Counted from the first letter of the stretch, positions 54,101 to 62,700 are shown. The stretch is 64,000 nt of DNA from Epiperipatus broadwayi (GCA_028023455.1 JAQFVV010000010.1:11408001-11472000); one strand, 5' to 3'. Made by a program: numbers and translations. Notes: generated by a model not told the origin, from the sequence alone.

Positions 54101-55248
54101 ATTTAATTGGGTTATGAATAAAGGGCAGGTAACAAGATGGGTGAGAAAGGTAATGCGGTATGCAGAAGATTTGGATAAAGAATTTATGTCAGTATACTTG
54201 TACAAAAGGTGGGATGATTGTGTTAGGAGAATTGTTGAGTGTTATAGTAGTAAGAAATGGGATAGAAGAATAGATGCATTAATAAAGAATAGGGAGTTGG
54301 AGAGATAGAGTACTAGTATGTAGAGTAAAAAAAGTTTAAATATATATAGAAGTAAAAGGAATATTGGGTGCGAGTTAATTTATGATAATAGCAAGGAAAG
54401 TAGTTTACTATTTAAGGCTCAAATGGGATCTTAGCAACTGGGGATTATACACATAAATGGAAAAATGTGGGTGATTTAGTCTGCAAGTTGTGTAAGGAAG
54501 GCATAGAAAATATTAGGCATCTGTTAATTGAATGTAAATGCCTGAAAGCAGAAAGGATACAAATAATAAAGTTGTGGAAGAATAAATATAAGGAAAGTGA
54601 TTATACAGAAAGTGGGTTATTGATTTTTATGCTGGGTTTGAGAAAAGATAAGGGGGATTTAGATATAAAGGCTATGGAGTTGACAAAGATTACGTTATAG
54701 AAATGGGATGGAGCAGGATATGGGAAAACTTAAGGTGGGGAATGGAAAGGGAAGATAAAGTGGCTAACAGGTTTCTCTGGGCATAATTGCTGAGAAATTC
54801 CTGACTCCGTATAAGGAGATCACAGTGCATCACCTCACATCTTAATTGATAAGTGCAATAAGAAAAAAATATTTGAAAAGTCTATCTAGAACATTCCCAC
54901 CACCAGACCAATTGGTTTCAAGCTTTTGGCACACATCAATTAAGAGCTTATTTGAGCTATTGGTATACTCCCTATATTATATATATATATATATATATGA
55001 TAGATACACATACATAATAGCAAAAATTTGCTATTTACATTTTTTAGAAGTATTTGACATTTTAGTCAGCCACTAAAAAAATAAAATTATCTAAAAATGT
55101 ACCTGTTCACTAAAGAAATGGCAGACTGCATAGTAACTCTAGCACCAGTTTCTTCTACAATGTAGGGTGGAATTTTTTGGTCATTCATATGCTCATCAAT
55201 GGCATTTTCATCAGGAGGTTCATGATTGTAACTTTTTTTTACAATTTC
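6283..55248 (-). CDS. Dcr-1: Dicer-1 endoribonuclease, partial: seven internal exons, gene extends beyond both window ends
   Basis: Exons 55248-55103, 42038-41900, 34770-34695, 32434-32289, 32167-31988, 21113-20900 and 9182-6283 join in frame (phases 0/2/0/1/0/0/1/0; 3801 nt). All have AG acceptors and GT donors. Dicer motifs: YCAKLPSD, LPINSP, RPGTTKRRQ, FPVFTRSGEV, PAZ, ERLETIGDSFLK, DCVEALIGA, QRLEFLGDAILD. Confidence 0.97.
9790..10080 (-). mobile_element. mariner/Tc1 transposase C-terminal remnant
   Basis: Minus strand ~9830-9900 reads PDLTPLNF*/FPKIKFTLKE across a frameshift, resembling the mariner YSPDLAP.DF.LFP.LK motif. Confidence 0.5.
10319..10537. repeat. 219-bp fold-back palindrome (~100-bp arms, C/G-run centre); MITE-like
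   Basis: ATATAAACAATGAGCATTGCCAATTGCTCAAC... at 10319 is the reverse complement of ...GTTGAGCAATTGGCAATGCTCATTGTTTATAT ending at 10537, with few mismatches. Confidence 0.9.
16159..16176 (+). promoter_or_regulatory. tRNA-Lys(CUU)-type primer-binding site of an LTR retroelement, after a putative LTR end (..TTACA at 16156)
   Basis: TGGTGCCCAATGTGGGGC matches the canonical Lys1,2 PBS TGGCGCCCAACGTGGGGC, differing only by two CpG>TpG changes. It follows TTACA plus a 2-nt spacer. Confidence 0.7.
17224..19025 (+). mobile_element. Penelope-like retroelement (RT + GIY-YIG endonuclease), 5'-truncated, two in-frame stops
   Basis: ORFs 17224-17490 and 17521-18852 are in the same frame, separated by TGA. 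Motifs: IKEDKGNRFV (KADKG-like), NIKLHK..PLR, GWPMGLPMSG, YSRHVDDIF, YLDLLI, and GIY-YIG VVYKMACPQLGCHASYYGETRANLNTRIYQH. A PLE-type tail (NR.E....LSKQW) follows a second stop at 18850. Confidence 0.92.
18970..19014 (+). ncRNA. Degenerate minimal hammerhead-like relic in the PLE 3' UTR (sense to the PLE ORF)
   Basis: GCT ATGAGTA T GAGATTC-AAACAT-GAAATCTC GAAA GCGC TT AGC: stem II, GAAA, palindromic AGCGCT stem III and a 3-bp helix I. The CUGANGA box has two mismatches. Confidence 0.35.
19128..19186 (-). ncRNA. Minimal type I hammerhead ribozyme motif (sense in Dicer-1 pre-mRNA)
   Basis: Reverse complement reads ATCCAA GGC TCCTCA CTGACGA AGGC CACAA GCCA GAAA CTAGTC TGGGGA TG TTGGAT. Confidence 0.75.
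19582..19640 (-). ncRNA. Minimal type I hammerhead ribozyme motif (sense in Dicer-1 pre-mRNA), second tandem copy
   Basis: Same 59-nt fold as 19128-19186, 454 bp away; core intact. Confidence 0.75.
20045..20103 (+). ncRNA. Minimal type I hammerhead ribozyme motif in the inverted arm
   Basis: CTGACGA 20060-20066, GAAA 20080-20083, GTC 20087-20089 (predicted cleavage after 20089). Helix I is TCCTCA/TGGGGA plus ATCCAA/TTGGAT. Confidence 0.75.
20900..21113 (-). CDS. Dcr-1: Dicer-1 exon (platform domain), 214 bp
   Basis: tattaag|ATT CCA GAA ... AAT AAA G|gtaaga; IPEFPVFTRSGEV...FLIVPLNK. The phase-1 end joins AT at 9182. Confidence 0.95.
26198..27352. mobile_element. Non-autonomous DNA transposon, 1155 bp, ~45-bp TIRs, CpG-rich, internal telomere-like and 48-49-bp tandem repeats
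   Basis: TAGCTAAAGACGCCGTTCTATGGCGCGGTTTTCGTGCTAAAAC versus GTTTTAGCGTGAAAACGGCGCCATCCAACGGCATCTTTATCTA (inverted). (CTAACCCTAAAN)3 at 26897-26938. Tandem units start at 26997, 27046 and 27094. Confidence 0.8.
29416..29523. mobile_element. Short fold-back fragment of the hammerhead repeat family (no ribozyme core), 14-bp TSD
   Basis: Shares ACATGATCACCATCTCTTAT.. and AGGCAAAACTCTCCATAC / GTATGGAGAGTTTTGCCT with the family. TCATATTAATAATC flanks both sides (29402-29415 and 29524-29537). Confidence 0.8.
30911..31606. mobile_element. MITE-like element with ~37-bp imperfect TIRs
   Basis: GTACTTGTGAGTTTTCCTGTAAATAAACATGGCAGCC (30911-30947) versus GGCTGCCATCTTGGTTTACTAGAAAACTCACAAGTAT (31570-31606). 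Confidence 0.6.
31988..32167 (-). CDS. Dcr-1: Dicer-1 exon (platform), 180 bp
   Basis: tttcag|ATT GCT GAT ... CCT AAG|gtttgt; IADALTDCFPDENKPNYLY...QNTRGRKIYPPE...FGILTSKRIPK. Confidence 0.95.
32289..32434 (-). CDS. Dcr-1: Dicer-1 exon, 146 bp
   Basis: taatag|GT GAA TTG GAT ... AAA AAG|gttaaa; (G)ELDNNLLPVGKE...RPGTTKRRQHYDKK. Confidence 0.95.
33818..33927 (+). mobile_element. tRNA-derived SINE / retroposed tRNA-like copy with poly(A) tail and 15-bp TSD
   Basis: A-box-like TAGCCGAGAGG, B-box-like GGTTCGCGTTCC, acceptor-like GCGTTG/CGATGC pairing and an A-tail. AACTATATATTTCCA occurs at 33803-33817 and 33928-33942. Confidence 0.8.
34695..34770 (-). CDS. Dcr-1: Dicer-1 exon (end of DUF283), 76 bp
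   Basis: tcctag|GGG GAA TAC ... CAA GAA G|gtatgt; GEYMPSKSLSRKAVAVKACIILHQE. Confidence 0.93.
35400..36650 (+). mobile_element. Decayed LINE reverse-transcriptase fragment (CR1/L2/Jockey-like)
   Basis: Fragmentary LFNLSLRAG..ITPIFKMGD...KYRP (~35570-35690) and GSILSPTLFLLY (~35970-36010); no open frame. Confidence 0.6.
36721..37202 (+). mobile_element. Internally deleted hAT (Charlie/SPIN-like) DNA transposon with 8-bp TSD
   Basis: TIRs AAAGGATGGGCAA / TTGCCCACCCATG, subterminal GCGGCCC motifs and TSD ATTTAATA (36713-36720 and 37203-37210). A transposase N-terminal fragment reads KCKISDECHVFNEEWTNKYFF...KAVCLLCHE. Confidence 0.9.
37539..38240. mobile_element. Hammerhead repeat family locus: short inverted arm (37539-~37686) plus >1 unit on + strand (period ~461 bp)
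   Basis: Same sequence family as 19026-20251. GATCATGTGATGTTTAGTGGTTTA recurs at 37756 and 38217. The left arm is cut off inside the ribozyme stem II. Confidence 0.88.
38014..38072 (+). ncRNA. Minimal type I hammerhead motif, intact core (CTGATGA variant)
   Basis: ATCCAA GGC TCCTCA CTGATGA AGGC CACAA GCCA GAAA CTAGTC TGGGGA TA TTGGAT. Confidence 0.75.
38250..38520 (-). mobile_element. RTE-like LINE 3' fragment
   Basis: Minus strand reads WIGHVK...MNDARLS..IFYDGI...CFHWEDMAE, similar to 56100-56450 and to the RTE C-terminal pattern. Confidence 0.5.
41900..42038 (-). CDS. Dcr-1: Dicer-1 exon (DUF283 dsRNA-binding fold), 139 bp
   Basis: ttttag|A TAT TGT GCT AAA ... ATA GTG|gtaagt; (R)YCAKLPSDIFTRLVP...LPINSPVRNEIV. 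Confidence 0.96.
42277..42516. repeat. 240-bp fold-back palindrome (MITE-like)
   Basis: TTTTGCTTTCTTGCCAAAAATAA... versus ...TTATTTTTGGCAAGAAAGCAAAA. The arms pair to a centre at TACTGAAA-(T)n-TCAGTA. Confidence 0.85.
42685..42795. repeat. Two tandem 56-bp direct repeats
   Basis: TAAAGATATTAGTTCAGATTTTGTCATATTTTCC(C/T)GGAGGATCTTGCTCTGTGAT starts at 42685 and 42741. Confidence 0.9.
43174..43533. mobile_element. 360-bp element with long imperfect inverted arms ending in Pol III B-box-like sequence (MITE or inverted SINE pair)
   Basis: TTAGAAAGGATTTGAACTCAGACTTTCGAGCT versus AGCTCGAAAGTTTGAGTTCAAATCCTTTCTAA; TTA on both flanks. Confidence 0.65.
44900..46520 (-). mobile_element. Second decayed Ty3/Gypsy pol remnant
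   Basis: GILIPMEISECSTSIVTIK (RT N-terminal GII.P..S.WA.PIV motif, ORF 46328-46525) and FKYKLLSFGITIVPNMFQ (~46135-46190). Confidence 0.65.
46968..47022. repeat. Perfect 25-bp inverted repeat with 5-nt loop
   Basis: CTCAACATCGAAGATAAAACTTAAC-AAATC-GTTAAGTTTTATCTTCGATGTTGAG. Confidence 0.9.
50338..51315 (+). CDS. LINE ORF1 protein: PHD finger, coiled coil, SGNH/GDSL esterase
   Basis: CTICDEVYHLKC...WLCRQC; LIGDSLIR (block I), VMVGTNN (block III), DGLHL (block V). The likely true start ATG at 50325 (MDCIC) is out of frame by one base. Confidence 0.8.
   Translation: MFHNAYNRQKEIRCAMVECTICDEVYHLKCLNITRKDVMGLWLCRQCVHVIKEVKKWFLSIDSLKSKSGEMEKNVVEEDRTEYVFSGVTRNMNEKIGNAIEMISQRISKIEEEVKDVEAKLKSLETKCEQITDLLNRNDKEEVDKEVQKVVEKVMNEAEKVDYETVLIGDSLIRECGDIIARENRNRYVRVCLPGARIRDVTDKVKKQGSRDVYVMVGTNNLSEPSERVMDEYIELIRNLSKIKGRVGIVGLLPRFDKRYMLDRACSINERLKKLCERNDVMFVDVWDFFIGKRELYSKDGLHLGKQGSEVLGSLIYKEYSSGNL
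51411..54700 (+). pseudogene. LINE ORF2 (endonuclease-reverse transcriptase), disrupted by multiple stops and frameshifts
   Basis: Consecutive ORF fragments 51411-51974, 52303-52635, 52846-53118, 53192-53422, 53533-53916, 53970-54308 and 54467-54700 carry the motifs in the expected order. Confidence 0.88.
55103..55248 (-). CDS. Dcr-1: Dicer-1 exon (linker after helicase C and start of DUF283), 146 bp
   Basis: atatag|GAA ATT GTA ... GTG AAC AG|gtacat; EIVKKSYNHEPPDE...IPPYIVEETGARVTMQSAISLVN(R). Confidence 0.92.
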
Positions 55249-56571
55249 CTATATAATGCCAATTTTTAAAAAACAAAAAAAAAAGAAAAAAGATGTTTGG
55301 AATACATATATATGTGTGTGTCTTTAAATCACAATAAAAAAATAAGATTATACTTATATGGCTTCATATATGAAGAAACTATTGGAAACCTTAAATATAA
55401 CACTATCAAAAAACAAATATTATATGACAATCATCATATTCAAAATAAAAAATATAATACTTGCTTTTTGACAATTAGCCCAGCAATGAAAATTCATTAA
55501 AAGTTATGTTTAACATTTTTAATATTTTCTCCATCATAGTTTTTTTACACTATAAAAAAAATGATTACTTTAATTTTAATTAAAATAAAAAAGATTTATT
55601 ATATAATGATAAAAATAGTTAAAACTGCAATCCTAATAAAATCCAATAATTCTGTAACTGAAAATTCACAAATAAATTTATGTTCATCTGTCAGCTGAAC
55701 AACATTTAATTGATCATACGTTAGAGTGTAAATGAAAATAAGTTTGGCTATTCTAACATTAAGACAAAAAAAAATAATTGAAAACAAAGGGTAAAAACAA
55801 AACAGAAAAAACTAGAGACAGAATACTACAAGTATATTTAAAGAATAGAAATGTGGTTGTACAAACACCATATCTTCAAATCAGAGTAACAACAAGGCCT
55901 GTACTATTCTAAGTGAATAAAGATAAATAATAATAAACAGCAGCTCAAAAATGAACACGGTCACTCCAACTCAAATATATATATATATATAAAAGCAAAA
56001 GAAGAAGAAGGAAAAGAACTATTCTAGAAACAAGTTTTGCAATGACTATAAAAACCAATCTGTGAAACACAATCATGTCCACATATAGAACATCTTGGAC
56101 CATTTTTCTGTTTACTTGATATTTTACATCTTGTCTTTTATTTCAACAACATGTCTAATTATAGCTTTCTAATATATTCTACTCTCTTCCATACTTTCCC
56201 AATGAAAATAATAGACATTACACTTCTTTATAATATCTTTGAGATAGCCTTTATAACATAGATGGGGTCTACTTTCTACTAAAACCATACTCAAGTTCAC
56301 CATTAAAGACTCTTTTAGAAAGTCTTCCATTGATACTTTGTTGCACCTTTCCAATCTAACGAAGAAGTGATTTTACAATAACAGTCTCACAATAGTAACA
56401 CATCCAGCAAGTTGAAGATTATACTGATTGGTGTTTACAATCTTGCGATTATATTTTTAAAATTTTGCGGAGTATCCTTAAATGGAACTTTTCTAATGCC
56501 TTTATATTGCGTTCATAAGATAACACAGTTTCGTATTCATACAATAAATTAGACAACATAACAAATCTATA

Positions 56572-57247
56572 TATAAACAGGCAAAACTCTCTATACGTAT
56601 TGCCACTCAATGCAAGCCAGAGTAATCAATGGATGCTAGAAGGCTTGTGCATAAAATCCCCATCTAGTGCCTATTCATCCAATATCCCCAGACTAGTTTC
56701 TGGCTTGTGGCCTTCGTCTGTGAGGAGCCTTGGATCTGAGAGCACTGCACCTAGATCTTAGGATCTAATGCAACCCACCAGCAGCCACCTTTTATCTATA
56801 CTTAACTACAAAACTATGACATCTAAATTGAAAACACTATAATATTTTCAATCCAAGCTCATCAGCTTATATAGTCATATAAGCGTATATAGTCATATAG
56901 TTAAAGCCACCAAAATGTATAGATACTGAACTGAGTTCAGACCTATAAGACTATAAGCTGATGAGCTTGGATTGAAAATATTATAGTGTTTTCAATTTAA
57001 GTCTCATAGTTTTGTAGTTAAGAAGATCTAGGTGCAGTGCTCTCAGATCCAAGGCTCCTCACTGACGAAGGTCACAAGCCAGAAACTAGTCCGGGGATAT
57101 TGGATGAATAAGTACTAGATGGGGATTTTATGCACAAGCCTTCTGACATCCATTGATTACTCTGGCTTGCACTGAGTGTCAATACGTATAGAGTTTCGCC
57201 TGTTTTAATAACAGTTAAGAGCAAGCATAAGAAATGGTGATCATGTG
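56572..57247. mobile_element. Hammerhead repeat family fold-back (two inverted ~300-bp arms), 9-bp TSD candidate
   Basis: Minus copy has a mutated core (CAGACGA; 56677-56735); plus copy is at 57047-57105. AAATCTATA occurs at 56563-56571 and 57248-57256. Confidence 0.87.
57047..57105 (+). ncRNA. Minimal type I hammerhead motif, core intact, two stem substitutions
   Basis: ATCCAA GGC TCCTCA CTGACGA AGGT CACAA GCCA GAAA CTAGTC CGGGGA TA TTGGAT. Confidence 0.6.
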
Positions 57248-58294
57248 AAATCTATACAGAGTTAATTTAATTGCAGAAGTTGATTTCCGTATGATGAAAT
57301 ATTCCATCTTTTAATTTGTTAAAAGCAGCAGCAGTACATTGGAGACCGTGAGGGATATCAATATCTAAGTATAACTACAAAGATATTTAAACTGATTTAT
57401 ATTCTCAAGTTGATAACCGTCCAAGCTGAAAATTGCTGACCATTTTCTTCTGTCACTGGCTGATGAAAAACTTGATTTTTCTGAACAATAAAGAGCCAAG
57501 ATTGCACTCAAGATGTCAAGAGCATTCTATAGTTTTTTGAACATGCAAAAGTACAACAATCATCAGCATACTGTAAATTCAGAATTAAAAAAAGATGTAG
57601 TTCTTGTTTTTGCTTTTAATTGATTCAAATTAAATATTCCACCATCAAACCTGTATCATATTTTGATCCCTATTTGATTAAGATCCCTACAAAATTACAA
57701 AGACCATCTTTATAAAAATTGAAAACAATGTCGGAACAAGTACATATCTTTGTTTAACACCAGTTTTTATTTCAAATGCCTGATTTCCCATTGTAATAAT
57801 AACCTTTCCTCACATTCTATCAAGCAGAAGTTATACAAAGACTTCATAAAAATAAAGACTAACAAAATATTTAGTATGATAACTTAATTTAAACAAAATT
57901 TGATTAGAATTTATATTACTTTCAACTTATGGGAGTTTAAATAAAAGATTTTTTTTTTCTTTTGAGTCCAAGGTCATAGTTTTGGATTGTTTTTTAACTT
58001 TTCTAAAGATTTTAAGTATGGAAGGAAAAAAATGGAGAAAAAAAAAATAGTAAAGTTTAGTAAGGATGGGTGGGGATAGTAATTATTATACAGTGAAACT
58101 GTGCAGTGAACATAATATTAGTACCAGAAGTAGATTTTCTAAATGATGTATTTGTCATCATATGATAAAAAGTGTATACGTAGAGATTCCAGACTCTCAG
58201 TTATTATCCAGCGTTGCAAAAACAAAAAAATGTCTACAGGATTTTCACTGCTAAAGGTACAAATACACAGGTAAAAGAATAACTTGAAATATCA

Positions 58295-58939
58295 CATGAT
58301 CACCATTTCTTATGCTTGCTCAAGCTGTTAAAATAGGCAAAACTTTCCATACAGTAATGCCACTCAGTGCAAGCCAGAGTAATCAATGGATGCAATATGG
58401 TTTGTGCATAAAATCCCTATCTAGTGCCTACTCATCCAATATCCCCAGACTAATTTCTAGTAGTGGCACTACTGTATGGAGAGTTTTGCCTGTTTTATCA
58501 GCTTGAGTAAGCATAAGAAATGGAGATCATGTGATGTTTAGTGGTTTAATACCAATTCTGCCTAATAGGATAGTGGTGGTTATGATTATTAAAAAACCAA
58601 AGACCTCAAAATATATGGGTACTGAACTGAGTTAAGACCTATATAACTATATAAGCTAGTGAACTTGGATTGAAAATATTATTGTGTTTTTAATTTCAGA
58701 CTCATAGTTTTATAGTTAAGTAGAGATAAAAAGTGACTGCTTGAGGGTTGCATTAGATCCTAAGATCTAGGAGCAGTGCTCTCAGATCCAAGGCTCCTCA
58801 CTAATAAAAGCTACAAGCTGGGAATATTGGATGAGTAGGCACTAGATAGGGATTTTATGCACAAACCTTTTTGCATCCATTGATTACTCTGGATTGCACT
58901 GAGTGGAACTACTATATGAAAAGTTTTGCCTGTTTTAAG
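58295..58939. mobile_element. Hammerhead repeat family fold-back, ribozyme cores degraded
   Basis: Inverted arm 58295-~58465 then a + unit. The + core has decayed to CTAATAA and lost GAAA-CTAGTC. Flanks TTGAAATATCA (58284-58294) and TTGGAATATCA (58940-58950). Confidence 0.82.
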
Positions 58940-59693
58940 TTGGAATATCATGGACATGCTTATATTACATCAACTAACATTATTTATCAATAACATTTAT
59001 AGCCATTCCATTTTAAGCATTAGAGCAAAAATTGTTTATATTAAATTATGTAATTTTCTATAATGTACACTTTTCTAAACAATTTTTTCTTTCCAAAATT
59101 TTAGTTGGGTTTATAATAAAAAAAAAAAAAAATAATAAAAAAAAAAAAAAAAAAAACAAAAAAAAAAAATTTTTTTAAAATAAACCCTTTTTCCCCCAAT
59201 AAAAAATGCTGAGAGGGATGATAGGAAAAGAAAATATAAAGAGATTTGGACTATTGCAATGGATCCTCATTCCATCAATAGAGAAGATTCCTGTGATCCA
59301 GTATAAAAAAAATGGAACATCTAATTTACATACTGTGCCTGATTTACATATTGGTCTTCGCTACTATATATGCATATTTTTAACGGCACAATTCTATTCA
59401 GCACTATGATTCTGGAAGCAATCTGCCAAAAGTTGGTTCAATGCATTTAAGATTTGCAATTTAGTTTTTTTTTTCATAGTAACTTGAACAGTACCAAGTT
59501 TAGTAGAATTACATTAAATTAGTAAAATAACAAGATAACTATTTTTTTTTTTTTTTTAATATCTTAAATTTAAAGCATTCTAATACCATAATTTATAGAT
59601 ATAGATTAATATCTCAAATATTGTATAAATTGTCTGATATTGATAAGACACTTATAGTATTGTGTAGAGATTAAAAGGCTTTGAGAAGTGAAG

Positions 59694-59772
59694 TTTTTTT
59701 TTTTTCCATGTGTCATAGCATCGGCTGGGAAGCGAACCCGCAACCCGGGCAACTGACCTCTCGACCAAGTTG
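59694..59772 (-). mobile_element. Second, internally shortened copy of the tRNA-derived SINE at 33818
   Basis: Reverse complement: ..TTGGTCGAGAGGT...GGGTTCGCTTCCCAGCCGATGCTATGACAC..A-tail, sharing the CCGATGCTATGACA 3' end with the 33818 copy. Confidence 0.7.
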
Positions 59773-62700
59773 ATAATTTAAATTAGATGAATTAAATTAA
59801 TTTAAATCTTAATATAGTAAGAGAGGCATGAATGATTTCTACATTGCTTAAATCACTGAATCTATAATTGTTTTGTCAATAGTAAGCATTTATATTAATA
59901 CCGTATTTTGTAAAAAAAAATAAAAAGTAAATTTTATTCCTGATTAATTTAATGCTTAAATGTATTAAACAATATCAATAGACTATACATAATAGATTGT
60001 TAAATTTAATGGGGGGGGGGGGCAGACATATATTGCAACAGTTTTAATCATAAATTTCTATCATAATCATAATTGTCAAACTGAAATGTACAAAAAAAAA
60101 TTTTTTTGTATTAACATTCAGTTCACATAATTATCTGTATTATAAATTTGCAATTAATAATATTCAAATTATATGTTTTATTCCTTGGAATTTTTCTTGA
60201 AAATTTATGATATTAAAGTTACAAATTAAATATAGTGCAATCTACTTAACATTTTCATTTTTTTCTGATTACTTATGTTAAAGAAAAAAGGAAGATAGTT
60301 TTGAAAATATCATAAATCATCTATTTTAAATATTGTGTTTTATTTACAAACAAAAAAAATGTTCAGAAGCATAGAGATAAAAACAAAGATCCCAAAATCA
60401 TATAATATTTCAAAGAGATAATAAAATTCATTCTAAAGCCTCCCAAAAGTGCTCAGCTCATTAAACTGCAGAGTATTATTTGTTTTTACTAACTTCATTA
60501 TATGTGTGCCAAATACATATATATATATTATAGATTACATGCTAATAAAGTAAATATTTAATTATCTAAATGTAAAGAAAGGATTTATGATTTAAAAAAT
60601 GACCATTAGAATAATTAATTGATATTATTATATAATCTTTTTACTATTTCCACATAACATTAGATATACTAGATTATAGTTCATACAATAAATGCAGAAC
60701 AAATCAAATTGTGAAATGATTTAAAACATCAATTGCAATTTCTAATCACAGATTCTTTAAAAAAGTTGACTTTTATGGGCTGATTTCCAATAATGTACAG
60801 AAAGAGTAATAAGTGATCTTTTTTTTTTTGATAACTATTATACAGTTTGTAGAAGGCACATTAGGAATAACAGTTGGAGAATAGAATAGTAACAATTTTT
60901 GTTTCAGTAATTATATAATTTCATAAAATTTAATAGTCAATTTAAAATTCCTCTACAGCTTTGCCTTCTTATCTGCTTTGAAAGTACAAAGATCAAAAAA
61001 TAAATAATCCAAAGAAACAAGACTTTATATATTATAATAGGAGTAGGGAATTGTCGTGATGTGTTACCATCAATATTTTGATAAATAAAATTGTTTTATC
61101 ATCAAATAAAAACCTTTTTTTTTTTTTAAAGTTCTTTATTTTGCCAAATCATATTAATCTGACACAAACAGTTGTGAAGGTTTCACCTTAATCTAGCAGG
61201 CACTATCATAAACATATTTTCTATATAATCTAGTGCAAAAACGTGTGATAAGATTATTGTACAAATAGCAATATACAATAAATATGCATATCTTTGAGTT
61301 ACAATAAACAAATCATGGCTTATACAATTATTGACCTACTTAAAATTAAAAAAATGATCTATCAAAGCAAAAAAAGTTTTATAAAAATAACTAAGAAGTT
61401 TTTAATATTCTCACTAATTTATTCCCAATGCTGATCTTACTTAAATTTCTGGAAATTATACAAGTAAATATTAATATACAGTTAACACAATATAAATGAG
61501 TCCTTAAAGACTGTCATCAATTCTCATAAAATACTTCTTAAATAATATTAAATACAATCCTTTCAAGATCCCATTTAGAGAAACCAAACTTTTTTGTAAG
61601 ACCTTCTATGAATCTTTATATTCACTAAATTTATTTGTATTATTGTATTCTTAATACTCATATTAATTAATAATCATCTTATTTTTCATTGTAAAGAGAA
61701 TATGTGAAGAAAATAATTCAAATATCAACATATCCATTACTATGGAATAATTAAATTACATATATTAAAATACTTCATTAAAGTTAAATGGTTTTTAAAT
61801 GAATAATTAAAACCTGTGAGCATTTCTATATCAAATATAATATAATTAAAATATATGAGTCTAATTTTAATTTTGGATAAGTGAATTCATATTTCATGAA
61901 TCCAAGATATTATATAAAAGATTGAAGCAGAAAGCAATACACATTGTAAGTACAAATAAAATTACAGATGCAAAAAAAAAAAAAAAAATAATTGAATAAA
62001 ACTGTCTCTAAATTTTATTAATATCCATATATTATTCTTTTCAGTTTGATATATCTACATCATTTAAAAGTAAAAAGAATATTTAGAATAAATGACATGT
62101 CTATAACACATCCAGTTTATATTCTAAATCTCTAAAAGCCAAAATTTGATAAAAATCAATGGCTGTAGATACATTCTAAGCTCAAATATACATATAACTA
62201 GTAAAAGAATACGACAATAACAGCACCTTTCTTATTTTAAATATAGCATGCAAAAGAGATTAAGATCTTGTTTGACAACTATTTCTCCATAACACAGGCT
62301 GTTTTTCACCAGCCTGAAAGAATAGTTGAGAAATTATGTATTTATCTATTTGATTAAATACCACCACCATAATAATAAGATGCCCTATTAAATTTTTTTG
62401 AGATACAATAATTTTGTTAAACATGAAATAAACAGGCAATTTCATTTAGATTCAAACTTGCAAATTCTTTTCACCCAAATAAAGAATGAACTGAGAAAAA
62501 TCATTAATTTCAACTAATAGTAGAAGATTTGTTCCTGACGAAAAAAATGTTAATTAAAAAACCAAAAGATATGAAGACAGAATAATGATGAGATTATTAT
62601 AATCACTAAAAAAAAAAAGTGATAATGTAACAAAAGAATCTAAAAAAAAAAAAAAAAAAAGAAACTATCTTTATATCTTAATAATTTTTATTAGTCATTC

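Larger units (their letters stand above)
49780..54843 (+). mobile_element. Near full-length non-LTR retrotransposon (LINE): ORF1 PHD + SGNH esterase, ORF2 APE + RT + CCHC finger; ORF2 fragmented
   Basis: ORF1 50338-51315. APE motifs KIGYLNMQG, VVETYL, IGDMNGH; RT motifs NYRPIVVTS, FIDIEKAYDRV, GLRQGC, LFADDV, YNYLGI; C-terminal CKLC...HLLIEC. The 5' boundary is approximate. Confidence 0.9.
56050..57850 (-). mobile_element. Decayed RTE-clade LINE fragment, interrupted by the hammerhead-family insertion at 56572-57247
   Basis: GVKQRYVLVPTLFSIF (~57710-57765) and LQYADDCCTFA (~57545-57577), then C-terminal RLERCNK...YYFHWESMEE (ORF 56169-56354) on the other side of the insertion. Confidence 0.7.

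Noticed and set aside
59110-59200. Long A-rich tract as a retrogene poly(A) tail
   Set aside because: No recognisable upstream body or TSD; it may be low-complexity sequence or a consensus artefact.
62260-62445. tttcag|GCTGGTGAAAAACAG... as an upstream Dicer helicase exon
   Set aside because: No helicase motifs in any frame, early stops, and no suitable phase-0 donor.
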